Source: a virus
Taxonomy: Duplodnaviria; Heunggongvirae; Uroviricota; Caudoviricetes
Length of the DNA stretch: 64,000 nt
Strand: one strand, 5' to 3'
Virus record (IMG/VR): IMGVR_UViG_3300031760_000008
Span: 76,337-140,336 of that record
A program made the translations under genes and the position numbers. The notes below the pieces were generated by a model. It searched no databases, was not told where the DNA came from, and was given only the letters and a program-made list of their open reading frames with translations. Positions 28,658-38,365 of the stretch are shown in pieces; the first letter of the stretch is position 1, and each line of letters begins with the position of its first letter.

Positions 28658-30982
28658 CTAATTACTTAATTTATTCATACATTCTATACAAATATTCATA
28701 TAGTTTCTTCCTATAGGATTATTTGATATTTTATCTTGTGTTATTATTTCTCCTCTTGTAGGTTTATTATTTCCAGCAAAATTATCTATATCTTTGTTAA
28801 ATTTAACATTGTTTCTATCACTATCAAATACAGCATAATTATTAACTTTGTTTTGAATTTGTAATATAGAATCATATATACCTTGATAGTTTTCAGCTTT
28901 AATAATAGATTCTGCAGGTAATTCTTTATTAGTGCTTGGTAAAGCACTTCTACTAGCAAAATATACGTCATATAATCTAACACTATAATTTCTAACAGTA
29001 GTATAATGTCTTAATAGTACTAATTCATTTTTCTTAATTCCTTCTGCTTGTGTTATTTCATTTATAGCGGAATTATTTACAGTAGAAGTATCTGACCATT
29101 CACTCCAAATATTCGAATAATAATTCTTTTGGAATCTTATTTTAATTTTAAAAGAAGATGTATTTGGAAATGATGCTATTAATGATGGATTAATAACTAA
29201 AGGTTTCATATAAGTAACTGTATTTGTACTAAATATTGTAGGATATAAATCAAAAGTATAAGTTACATCATTTATATTTAACTCTATGGCTTTATATCTA
29301 TAATTAGCAGCTGTAACATTTAATACATCAAAATCATCATCAGCAGGGGCTGTAACAAGTATTCTAAATTGATTATTATGCCAAGAAGTTCCATTTATAG
29401 GACCATCAATTACTGGTTTTTTTAATTTACCAATTGGTTTTATAAATTGCTTTTTATTTTCAGTACCATATAATTTTCCTGTGCCATCAGCTTTATTATA
29501 GAAAGGTTGAATACCTATCCAGTTAATAGTACCTCTATTTAACTCTGTTCTAATATTCAAAGCTTGACCGGTAGTTAAGTCAGTTGTATTTAGAGTTTTA
29601 GTAGTTTTTACAGTACTACAAGTACTATCTGTATATACTTTGAATATATATCCATCGATGACTCCTCCATCTATATCAGAAGGATAAGTCCATTGCACAT
29701 ATACATAAGGATGTTCATCTATAAAATACTCTCTTCCTGCAAATAATTGTTTACTTGTATCAGGAGTCTTATTATCAGAATTACAATCATAATATAAAAT
29801 ATTATTTTCTCCAATAGTTTTTGTAGGTTTATAATTAACTTTTACAGCAATATTTGAAGTATCTTTAGTTTTTCCACTAGATTCATTTTTTCTTCTTAAT
29901 TTAAGATTAAATGTAGCACTATCAGTACTTCTTTGAGCAACGCTTAATATACCATTTAAAAAAGACTTTGTTATAGTTAACGTTTGGGCTGTATTACCAG
30001 CATCATTATTAGTAGGATCATGTTTACCTAAGTCTTTCCAAGAAGAGCCATTATTTACACTATAATAAGTTTTAAATTGATTTTCTAATGATGACCATTT
30101 TCTATTATTTGTAGACCACTTAATTTGTGGATTATTTTTAGCATCACCTGAAATTGTAGATGGATCTACTGAAAAAGAAGTTATATCAGGTAATTTATAT
30201 GTATATAAAGTTAATTCATTAGAATCAGCATATAAAGAGCTATCATAATCATGAGTTCTTCTAGCTTTTACTCTATATGAACTAGCATGAGCTACACCAC
30301 TATCAGAAGGTTTAAATATATAATCTCCTCCATTATTACCAATAGAAGTAGTATGTTCATGATTATTAATGGTAACTTTTACAGTTGTAGGATTAGCATC
30401 TCCAGAAGTATTAGCTGCTACTGTTATAGATCTATTACTATCATAATTTGATATACTAGTATTAGAGCTTATAGATATTGTAGGTTTTTGATATAAAGAA
30501 CTTAAAGATAAAGATCCAATTACTTCTCTACTATGTCCTTGATCACATTCTCCATTTGTTTTCCATACACAATAACAATATACTACTAAATCACCACTAG
30601 TCCAATTCAATTCTTGATTATAAGAAATACTAAAAGAACCTCCAGTAGGATTACCACTTTTTGTTTGAGGATTAAACCATCCTTTACCTGATCTTGTTAC
30701 CCATCCAGGAATAGAAGGATCCCAAGTAGTCATATTTTGAAAAGGTAATCTAGCAGTTGAATCTTGAGGGGTGACTATTTGTACAGATAAACCAGCATAA
30801 TTTTGGCTTTGAGATGCAAAAGCAGGAGGAGTATTATAATGCCAACCTGAACGTATAGCTATTGTTACTGTACCATTTACTCTAACTTTACCTGATCCTG
30901 ATTTTGAAACTTCAAAACTACCTGAAGAATCTATTAAGGGACCTGTATGAAAAGCTTCTTTATAACAATTTAAAGTAGCCAT
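28658..30982 (-). CDS. Minor tail/baseplate-associated beta-sandwich protein
   Basis: FN3-like segments (VQWTYPSD..GYIF; WSEWSD); full-length paralog of the split gene 36009..38349. Confidence 0.55.
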   Translation of the reverse strand: MATLNCYKEAFHTGPLIDSSGSFEVSKSGSGKVRVNGTVTIAIRSGWHYNTPPAFASQSQNYAGLSVQIVTPQDSTARLPFQNMTTWDPSIPGWVTRSGKGWFNPQTKSGNPTGGSFSISYNQELNWTSGDLVVYCYCVWKTNGECDQGHSREVIGSLSLSSLYQKPTISISSNTSISNYDSNRSITVAANTSGDANPTTVKVTINNHEHTTSIGNNGGDYIFKPSDSGVAHASSYRVKARRTHDYDSSLYADSNELTLYTYKLPDITSFSVDPSTISGDAKNNPQIKWSTNNRKWSSLENQFKTYYSVNNGSSWKDLGKHDPTNNDAGNTAQTLTITKSFLNGILSVAQRSTDSATFNLKLRRKNESSGKTKDTSNIAVKVNYKPTKTIGENNILYYDCNSDNKTPDTSKQLFAGREYFIDEHPYVYVQWTYPSDIDGGVIDGYIFKVYTDSTCSTVKTTKTLNTTDLTTGQALNIRTELNRGTINWIGIQPFYNKADGTGKLYGTENKKQFIKPIGKLKKPVIDGPINGTSWHNNQFRILVTAPADDDFDVLNVTAANYRYKAIELNINDVTYTFDLYPTIFSTNTVTYMKPLVINPSLIASFPNTSSFKIKIRFQKNYYSNIWSEWSDTSTVNNSAINEITQAEGIKKNELVLLRHYTTVRNYSVRLYDVYFASRSALPSTNKELPAESIIKAENYQGIYDSILQIQNKVNNYAVFDSDRNNVKFNKDIDNFAGNNKPTRGEIITQDKISNNPIGRNYMNICIECMNKLSN

Positions 30983-31010
30983 TAAGTTGCTCCTTTCAAA
31001 ATCAATATTT

Positions 31011-31025
31011 CTATTAATATTTTAC
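31011..31025 (-). promoter_or_regulatory. Putative late promoter motif
   Basis: GTAAAATATTAATAG upstream of 28658..30982. Confidence 0.7.
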
Positions 31026-31027
31026 CT

Positions 31028-31061
31028 AAAAATAAAGAGTAGATATTTTCATCTACTCTTT
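31028..31061 (-). terminator. Intrinsic terminator after the holin
   Basis: aaagagtagat/atctactcttt. Confidence 0.7.
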
Positions 31062-31077
31062 AAATATTGTAAAATTA

Positions 31078-31518
31078 TTATTCTTCAACTTTAACTTCTT
31101 CAACAACTTCAGGTGCAGGTATTGATTCTTGTTTTACATTTTGGGCTAATAATTTAAGATCTTTTAATAATTCTTGATTTTCTTTCTTATCAAACCATCC
31201 TTCATTTAATCCATATACTGCACTTTCTATTAACATATTTATTTCTGCAGGTGTTATTTTAATTCCTTTACTTTGTAATATTTCTGATACTTGAACTGTA
31301 GCTTTTTCTAATTTTTCTTTTCCACTTAAATCGGTATATACTTGTTCAACAAATTTAACGGCATCTGTAACAACTGCTTTAGCTGTTTCATTATTCACTT
31401 TTTCTTCATATACTTTTTTAAGTCTATTTCCTATATATGTAAATAATCCTGTTATAAATGTTGCAAGTACTGGTAATAATATTTGTATAAATTGATTTAA
31501 TATTTCATTTTGTTCCAT
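31078..31518 (-). CDS. Holin, LL-H family
   Basis: One N-terminal TM helix, then AVKFVEQVY..GKEKLEKA..ITPAEINMLIESAV. Confidence 0.8.
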   Translation of the reverse strand: MEQNEILNQFIQILLPVLATFITGLFTYIGNRLKKVYEEKVNNETAKAVVTDAVKFVEQVYTDLSGKEKLEKATVQVSEILQSKGIKITPAEINMLIESAVYGLNEGWFDKKENQELLKDLKLLAQNVKQESIPAPEVVEEVKVEE

Positions 31519-31544
31519 TGATTTTTACCTCCTTTCTTATAAAT

Positions 31545-32108
31545 TTATGGGTTATATTTATTTTGAACGAACAATGTAACATATGGAAAATAAACTATAT
31601 TTCCAGTCGATATTTCCTCTAAATAAACATTATCATTGAATGATGTTTGCTCATTTTTAGTTGATGTAAGTTGATAAGCATTGGCATATGTTGCTGTTGG
31701 AATTGTATTTGTGGTTATCTTTACACTTACTAATTTATCATAATAATCTAGTTGTTCTTTTATTGGCAGAGTGATATTACCCCCAGCATATTTACTGCTA
31801 TCTTCTACTATTGCTTTTAAATATTCATTATGTCCAGTATCACCTATTATAGGACAATTATATATTGATGAATTAAACGCTGCCACAAACATATAATAGT
31901 CATTATTTAAAACTAGACCATCTGTATCTATACAAATAATTGGAACACTCCTCAAAATATAATATGGAGGTAATGTAGTTTGACTACTAGAACCTTCATA
32001 TGTTCCAGTTACATTAAATATAGAAATATCTTTTTTAATATTTTCAGGTATTATTTTTTCTTCTTTTTCAGTTAAAATACTTTGAGCTTTTTCTTTTAAA
32101 GTTGACAT
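31545..32108 (-). CDS. Short fibre-family protein
   Basis: MSTLKEKAQSILTEKEEKIIPENIKKDISIFNVTGTYEG adaptor; start reassigned to ATG 32108. Confidence 0.6.
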   Translation of the reverse strand: MSTLKEKAQSILTEKEEKIIPENIKKDISIFNVTGTYEGSSSQTTLPPYYILRSVPIICIDTDGLVLNNDYYMFVAAFNSSIYNCPIIGDTGHNEYLKAIVEDSSKYAGGNITLPIKEQLDYYDKLVSVKITTNTIPTATYANAYQLTSTKNEQTSFNDNVYLEEISTGNIVYFPYVTLFVQNKYNP

Positions 32109-32122
32109 TTTCTTTCTCCTTT

Positions 32123-32632
32123 CTATATAAATATCATACAAGGTACACCTGTAAGACCTGCTTTATATGCTGCAAGTACTCTATGTCTTCCATCAAATAT
32201 CTTTTCTACAAAATCTATATAAGGAAGATTTTGCTTATCATCATTTTCTATTTTAGTAGCATAATCATCAACTACTTCATTAACAATATCAGGTCTATTT
32301 AATATATCTTGTATATTTGTATATTCTCTATCTTCTATAATATATGTATATTGTAAATATTGTTCAGGAGTTAATTCTACTATTCTAGGCTCTAGAAAAT
32401 AATAATCATTCCAGTAATAAGATGTAAATTGATGATGTTCAACATACAATACATATTCTTTTATATTTAAAAATAAAGTATCTAAAGAAAATCCTTGATA
32501 ATTTTTCTTTTTTGTAGCTTTAGGAATATTATATTTCTCTACATATATTTTTTCATTTTCCATTCTATTAAAATATTGATCAATTATTTTCTTATAATTT
32601 TCTACTATATATCTTGTATTTTCCCAACTCAT
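32123..32632 (-). CDS. ParB/Srx-like domain protein
   Basis: C-terminal DGRHRVLAAYKAGLTGVPC motif. Confidence 0.6.
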   Translation of the reverse strand: MSWENTRYIVENYKKIIDQYFNRMENEKIYVEKYNIPKATKKKNYQGFSLDTLFLNIKEYVLYVEHHQFTSYYWNDYYFLEPRIVELTPEQYLQYTYIIEDREYTNIQDILNRPDIVNEVVDDYATKIENDDKQNLPYIDFVEKIFDGRHRVLAAYKAGLTGVPCMIFI

Positions 32633-32723
32633 TATTTTAACTCCTTTTATATTTAGATATATAAAGTATCAATTTTATTATAAAAATTGAAATTTACTAT
32701 GTTTATGTCTCAAATAACTATGA

Positions 32724-33005
32724 TTATTCAGCTATTCCTTTACCTTGCATTAATCTTTTTCTTTTTTGTTTTTTAAGTCTATAAGCTTCTAAAACTTGCA
32801 TATTTTCTGAATAATGTTCTAATACTTTTATTAAATTCCAAATAACATCCATTTGAGTTAATTGAGCTGTAACAGGTAAATCTGGATTTTCATGAATCTG
32901 TACAGCTCTTTTTTGTAAGTCTGAAACAACACTGTCTATTATTTCTTTTTTATAATCTCTATCATTATCTTTCTTCATCTTCCCATTCTCCATATAAAGC
33001 ATCAT
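32724..33005 (-). CDS. Hypothetical protein
   Basis: 93-aa ORF overlapping the end of the HNH gene. Confidence 0.5.
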   Translation of the reverse strand: MMLYMENGKMKKDNDRDYKKEIIDSVVSDLQKRAVQIHENPDLPVTAQLTQMDVIWNLIKVLEHYSENMQVLEAYRLKKQKRKRLMQGKGIAE

Positions 33006-33471
33006 CTATTAACTGTTGTGTTTCTCTCTTTTGTTTTGCTCTATTAAATTTTTCTTTTCTTTTTTCAGTATCTAAATCTAAAGGAGATAAAGCAGTCATT
33101 GCAAGAATTTCTTGTATATCTTCAGGAGATAATATATCTTCAGGTCTAATATCTATTCCATTTTGTCTAGCTCTTAAAACAGATGCTTTATAATTTTGCA
33201 TTGCTTGATTCACTAGTTGTTTTTCTCGTTCCGGTAAAGAATGAAGCCATTTATGATTATATCCTCTAACAATAGCTCCATTCTCAACAGTAGCTTTTCC
33301 TCCTAGATGTTTTTCATGAATATGGTGATAAGTTAACATATCATCATATTTAGAATATCCTTTTATTTTCTTTCGTTTACTAGGAGGAATATATCTTAAA
33401 CCTAACTTCTCTATAAAACAGATTTTACCAAAGAGTTTTTCTAATTCACGTCTAGCTTCATTATTGTTCAT
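32965..33471 (-). CDS. HNH endonuclease-like protein
   Basis: LTYHHIHEKHLGGKATVENGAIVRGYNHKWLH. Confidence 0.7.
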   Translation of the reverse strand: MNNNEARRELEKLFGKICFIEKLGLRYIPPSKRKKIKGYSKYDDMLTYHHIHEKHLGGKATVENGAIVRGYNHKWLHSLPEREKQLVNQAMQNYKASVLRARQNGIDIRPEDILSPEDIQEILAMTALSPLDLDTEKRKEKFNRAKQKRETQQLIDDALYGEWEDEER

Positions 33472-33493
33472 GACTTATATTCCCCTTTCCGAT

Positions 33494-35908
33494 TTAACCG
33501 TTATATACTATTCTAACCTTTCCTTGATCATTCACAGTAGACATTACTACTCCAAATTTTTCAATTCTATTATTAGTATAATCAACAGTTCCATCAGGAA
33601 GTGCTTTAACTATTTGACCAGGAGTTAAATAAGGATTATTTGTTTTAACCCAAATTTTACCTACCATACCTACAATACATTTTTGATCTTCTTCTAAATC
33701 TTTTCCTCCAAGTAATACACCTTCTGTATTTGAACATATACCTACTATAGCATCAAGATCTGACATCATTTCTACTTTATGAACTAATCCATCTTCTCTT
33801 ATACATACTATATCTCCTGGCTCTATTATTTCTTCTGGTAATTTTTCAAATACTTCAGCATAGTCATTATATACAGCATTATAAACTTTAGATCCTGTAA
33901 TTGTTCCTGTTGTAGTCCAATTTCCAGTACCTGTTAATGTTCCATTAACTGTTGTATTCCCTAAAGATGTTGTTCCTGCATATAAATTCTTTTCACCTGA
34001 ACTTCCTACATAGAAGTTACAGTTTGTTCTTAAATTTGTAGCGTTATTATCTTTAGTTATTGTTACATCTCCACCAGTTCCTCTAGAAAATGTTACAACA
34101 CCATTTGAAGTTTTTAATCCATTACCTGTTATTAATCCAGTTGCTGTTATAGTACTATTAGTTGCTAAAGCTCCATCTAAATTTAATATTTTTTGATTAT
34201 CAGTTTTGTATAAACTAACATCCATAGCACTATTATCATCTTTCCAATAAATAATTGGATTAACAGATGTGCTTGCGTTATATAATTCTAATTTACCACT
34301 ATTATATAATTTAGAATATGATGTATTAGCAGTATTTCTTGTTAGATAATATCCAGCATCAGCTGTATTATTTATTTCATTAATAGCTCCAGGTGTAAAT
34401 ATTGTTTTTATAGATGCATCAGCATTTGCTATTTGCCATTCACTATTTTTTAACCAAGTTTTCTCTTGTCCAAATGTTGTTGTAGATCCTAAATATAATG
34501 TAGTTGTAGCTCTAACATCATTTAAGAAATCTGATTTAGGACTTATTTTCATAAAGCTTACATTATCTTGTAATAATGATACTACTTGATTAGAATTATT
34601 ATATTGCCATATAGCCTTTCCTACAGTGAATTTAGCTGTATTAGCATCTGTGAATGTAAAATTAAATGCTAAATTAGGAGCATTTGGATCTGTTATTTTA
34701 ACATTATTATTATCTAAAGTTAATTTAGGTGAATTTGTATTTTCAGTAGATAATGATATTTCATTATCTCCTTCTATTGTAACTGGTCCTTCTGCATCAA
34801 TACATATTCCACCATTATTGTGAATATGTAATTTATTATCAGTTTCTGATTCGTAAATTTCTCCTTTTCCTATACTCCATTTATAAGTATTACCTTCAAC
34901 ATCAATATTTATATCTCTATCAGAATTATCAATATAATAAATATTGCCAGTATCACCCCAGTTAGTTTTAGGATCTTGATTTATAAAATTAGTAATATAT
35001 TCTATATCTTTATCATCTATAACACCATCATGATTTACATCAGATAATATTTTTTCTAAGTCTGTAGGAGTAGCAGTACCATCAACAAAAGTTTGGATTA
35101 TTCTTAAATCTTCAGCATCAATAACTCCATCTCTATTAACATCTCCATAAAATTGTAATAGATTATTATTTACTGTAGGATCTTTAATAGTTATATGAGA
35201 ACCATTTTCATCCACATTCATAATAATTCCAGGATTACTATTTTCTCTATTATCAGCTATTGTAATAGGTCCATATACAATATCTCCTTCTTTAGAAAAA
35301 TACCAATCAGGAATTTTATAAATATATTCTTGAAGATTTAATCTTCTTATATCTGGATGTTTTGGATCTAAAAATTTACATAGAATATCTTCTGCCCATA
35401 TTCTTCCATATTTATCTTCGTCTTCTTCTAAATTAGAAAAATTAGTTCCATCCCATTCTACTGAACCTAAATATAATATATCTGGATCTGTTACAGGATC
35501 TGGTTTCTCATCAAAATATGTTAGATATACTCCTTTAAAAGTTCTTAAAGAACCATATACTAAATCACCTAAAACATTTCTAGAGCTATCTCTAGCTAGT
35601 TTGAATGCTAAATACCATTTTCCTATTCCATCTGGAGCTCCTATTGTAATAGAATTCTCCATAATAAGATCCATACCATTAATTGAACATTGACCTTTTA
35701 ATACTCTTATCAAAGGTTCTCCTGTAGATATATCACTTATTAAACTCAATTCAAAAGAAGGTTTAACTATACAGAAGTTCTTACTTGATACTCTAGTTAC
35801 AAATCTAGCCATATTAAATTCAAGATTCAATTTACCGTCATCTTGTTGGTTTGAACCAGGATAACATGTAATATCTTCTCCATTGTAATTTACTATTGGA
35901 TGAGCCAT
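33494..35908 (-). CDS. Tail/baseplate protein with an internal dockerin and a C-terminal Peptidase_G2/IMC-like domain
   Basis: GDVNRDGVIDAED...SDVNHDGVIDDKD duplicated Ca-binding loops; C-terminal NDYAEVFE..IEPGDIV..VGMVGKIWV; behind a late motif. Confidence 0.7.
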   Translation of the reverse strand: MAHPIVNYNGEDITCYPGSNQQDDGKLNLEFNMARFVTRVSSKNFCIVKPSFELSLISDISTGEPLIRVLKGQCSINGMDLIMENSITIGAPDGIGKWYLAFKLARDSSRNVLGDLVYGSLRTFKGVYLTYFDEKPDPVTDPDILYLGSVEWDGTNFSNLEEDEDKYGRIWAEDILCKFLDPKHPDIRRLNLQEYIYKIPDWYFSKEGDIVYGPITIADNRENSNPGIIMNVDENGSHITIKDPTVNNNLLQFYGDVNRDGVIDAEDLRIIQTFVDGTATPTDLEKILSDVNHDGVIDDKDIEYITNFINQDPKTNWGDTGNIYYIDNSDRDINIDVEGNTYKWSIGKGEIYESETDNKLHIHNNGGICIDAEGPVTIEGDNEISLSTENTNSPKLTLDNNNVKITDPNAPNLAFNFTFTDANTAKFTVGKAIWQYNNSNQVVSLLQDNVSFMKISPKSDFLNDVRATTTLYLGSTTTFGQEKTWLKNSEWQIANADASIKTIFTPGAINEINNTADAGYYLTRNTANTSYSKLYNSGKLELYNASTSVNPIIYWKDDNSAMDVSLYKTDNQKILNLDGALATNSTITATGLITGNGLKTSNGVVTFSRGTGGDVTITKDNNATNLRTNCNFYVGSSGEKNLYAGTTSLGNTTVNGTLTGTGNWTTTGTITGSKVYNAVYNDYAEVFEKLPEEIIEPGDIVCIREDGLVHKVEMMSDLDAIVGICSNTEGVLLGGKDLEEDQKCIVGMVGKIWVKTNNPYLTPGQIVKALPDGTVDYTNNRIEKFGVVMSTVNDQGKVRIVYNG

Positions 35909-35936
35909 TTATTTTGCCTCCTTATCTTTTATTCAT

Positions 35937-35951
35937 CTATTAATATTTTAC
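35937..35951 (-). promoter_or_regulatory. Putative late promoter motif
   Basis: GTAAAATATTAATAG upstream of the dockerin tail gene. Confidence 0.7.
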
Positions 35952-35954
35952 ACA

Positions 35955-35988
35955 AAAATAAAAGAGATTATTTTCATATAATCTCTTT
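35955..35988 (-). terminator. Intrinsic terminator after 36009
   Basis: aaagagattat/ataatctcttt. Confidence 0.7.
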
Positions 35989-36008
35989 ATATATCTATAA
36001 ATTATATT

Positions 36009-38349
36009 CTATTTTAATAATATTACATTATCATATAAATATTTCATATAATTTCTGCCACCAGTTCCATCTTTAGCAGCTGTAACATATTCATCAGTTG
36101 TTGTAAATGATGTTATAATCTGATTTTGATAATCAAATTTAACTTTTACTAAATCATTATGAACAGGAGCATAATTATTAACTTGATTTTTAGTTTCTAC
36201 AATTCTTTTAAAAATATTATCATAAGTATATTGAGATTGTAGAATAATAGTAGTTTTAGCTATAGCTTTATCAGGTACACCACCTGTTACTGCATAAGTA
36301 TTTTTTGCATTATTAACAGCATCTCTTACAGTATTATAATGAGCTGCCATTATAAAATCTCCTTGTGATACTGAATAACTAGGTACTACTTTTATTATAG
36401 TTACTTTATCTGACCATTCACTCCATCCATATTCTGTATCGGCTGTAGCATTATAAGGCTTTTTAACTCTTACTCTCATTATATAAGTAGATGTTTTGGT
36501 TATATTATTAGCATTTGGCCATATTATAATTTTCTTTTGATATGTTAAATCATTTACTAAAGATGAAAATGTATAATTTTGACTTATCAATGTAGCTCCC
36601 GAACTTGTACCATCTGTATTTGCAAATTTATAAACTTTTCCATTTATATCAAATTCTATATTATCATATTTATAAGTTCCTGTTACAGAATCTTTATCAG
36701 GATCAGTAGGAAGTTGAAAACAAATTCTAAAATCATCATTTATCCAATTGCTATTATTGATAGGATATGTTATAACAGGTTTATTTAATCTATTCATAAC
36801 AATAATAAAAGGTATTTTTTCTATTGTACCATTATAATACCAGAAATTAGCTTGAGTTTCTGTATCATTTTTAAAATATGGTGTAATATCTATATAAGTT
36901 AATAAACCATTTGCAGGTATATCATTCTTTGGAATAACATAATTCTTATTTGATGTGTAATATGTTTTAACCACAGTTCCTGCATTGTTATATAATCTTA
37001 TTCTATATCCCTGAGTATATCCAGCTTGAGCTTGTGTAGTATCATAAGACCATGAAACTGTAACATCAGTTAGTTTTGATTTAGCTATTACTTTAGATTT
37101 GGGTATATTATTTCCTGAACTGTCCTTATATGAAACGTTATTATTAACTATACCAATTCTAGGTCTATAATAAACAGTAAATGTAATAGTAGGTTTATTT
37201 GTAGATTCATAAATGGTTGTACTTGTATTAAGTTTTGTACTCCATCTTTCCATTTGTAAAATTATACTCTGACCATCATTAGCTTTTGGAACTAAAGATC
37301 GCATTTCTGCAGCAGTTCTTGACCAAGAAGTTATATTTCCTAATGATGTCCAGCCAGTATAATCTGCAGAACCTCTTTTTATTCTATATCTTGTTACAAA
37401 ATCATTTTCATAAGCTGACCATGCTCTATTATTAGTACCAGATATTGTAAATTTATTATCTTGATTAGCATTTTGTGAAGTTCTTGTAGCTGTAATAGAA
37501 TTATTTAAAGTTGGAATTCTATAGGTATAAATAACTAATCCTTGTCTAGGATCCCAATTATTAGGAGATAGAGCTTCTCCGACCCTTAGATACTAAAGTG
37601 ATTCTATATCTTTGACCATCAGAAAAACCTTTATCTGTTCCTAAATCATAATAATCCCAAACTCCTGATGAAGATCCTGTAACTCTTCTTAATACAGGTT
37701 CCCATCTAACTCCCCATTGTGTAGCATTATAATCATGAATAGCTAATGTTATAGGACAATTTGAATTTGAACCCGAATTATAACTATAATGCACTCCCCA
37801 TTGTTTTCCAGATCCAGTTGTAGAAGTAGATTGTACTTTTGCTATTCTTGTATAATCATCAGGATTTAACCATATAGAAGAAGGAGTATATGGATTATAT
37901 GCAGGATAATATACTGTATCTGACCAAGTTCCATGATATGGACAACTAGTTCTACCACCAATATCAGTAGCTCTAGAACCGGATCCAGCTGTACAATTAT
38001 TAGACTCACCTGTAGGATTTGCATATGTTCCTTGATGACACCATATATCTATAGTAACACCACTAGCTCCTGAAGAATTATCGTTATATCTATCAAATTC
38101 AATTGATCCACTAGTATCACTATAGTTACCACCAACAAGGTAACCGATAGTTGAAGCATTATCTACTGTTACTTTAATACCTAAAGCATTAGAAGAACCA
38201 TAATAAGCTCCTGAACCCAGACTATTATAAAAATCAAATTTATAATGCACATAAGGAGTTTTATCACTAGCTCTAGTAGCAGAATAACTACATGTTAGAT
38301 ACATAGTAGGGCGCCAGTGCCATGATTTGTTAGAAAATAGATCAGCCAT
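36009..38349 (-). pseudogene. Minor tail protein split by a one-base frameshift (ORFs 37561..38349 and 36009..37304 plus the open frame between)
   Basis: The frame of 36009..37304 stays open up to 37592 and reads EALSPNNWDPRQGLVIYTYRIPTL..GTNNRAWSAYENDFVTRY, which aligns with LTLYTYKLPDI..STNNRKWSSLENQFKTYY of paralog 28658..30982; removing one base gives 779 aa versus 774 aa. Confidence 0.8.
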
Positions 38350-38365
38350 TTTTTCTCCTCTCTAT

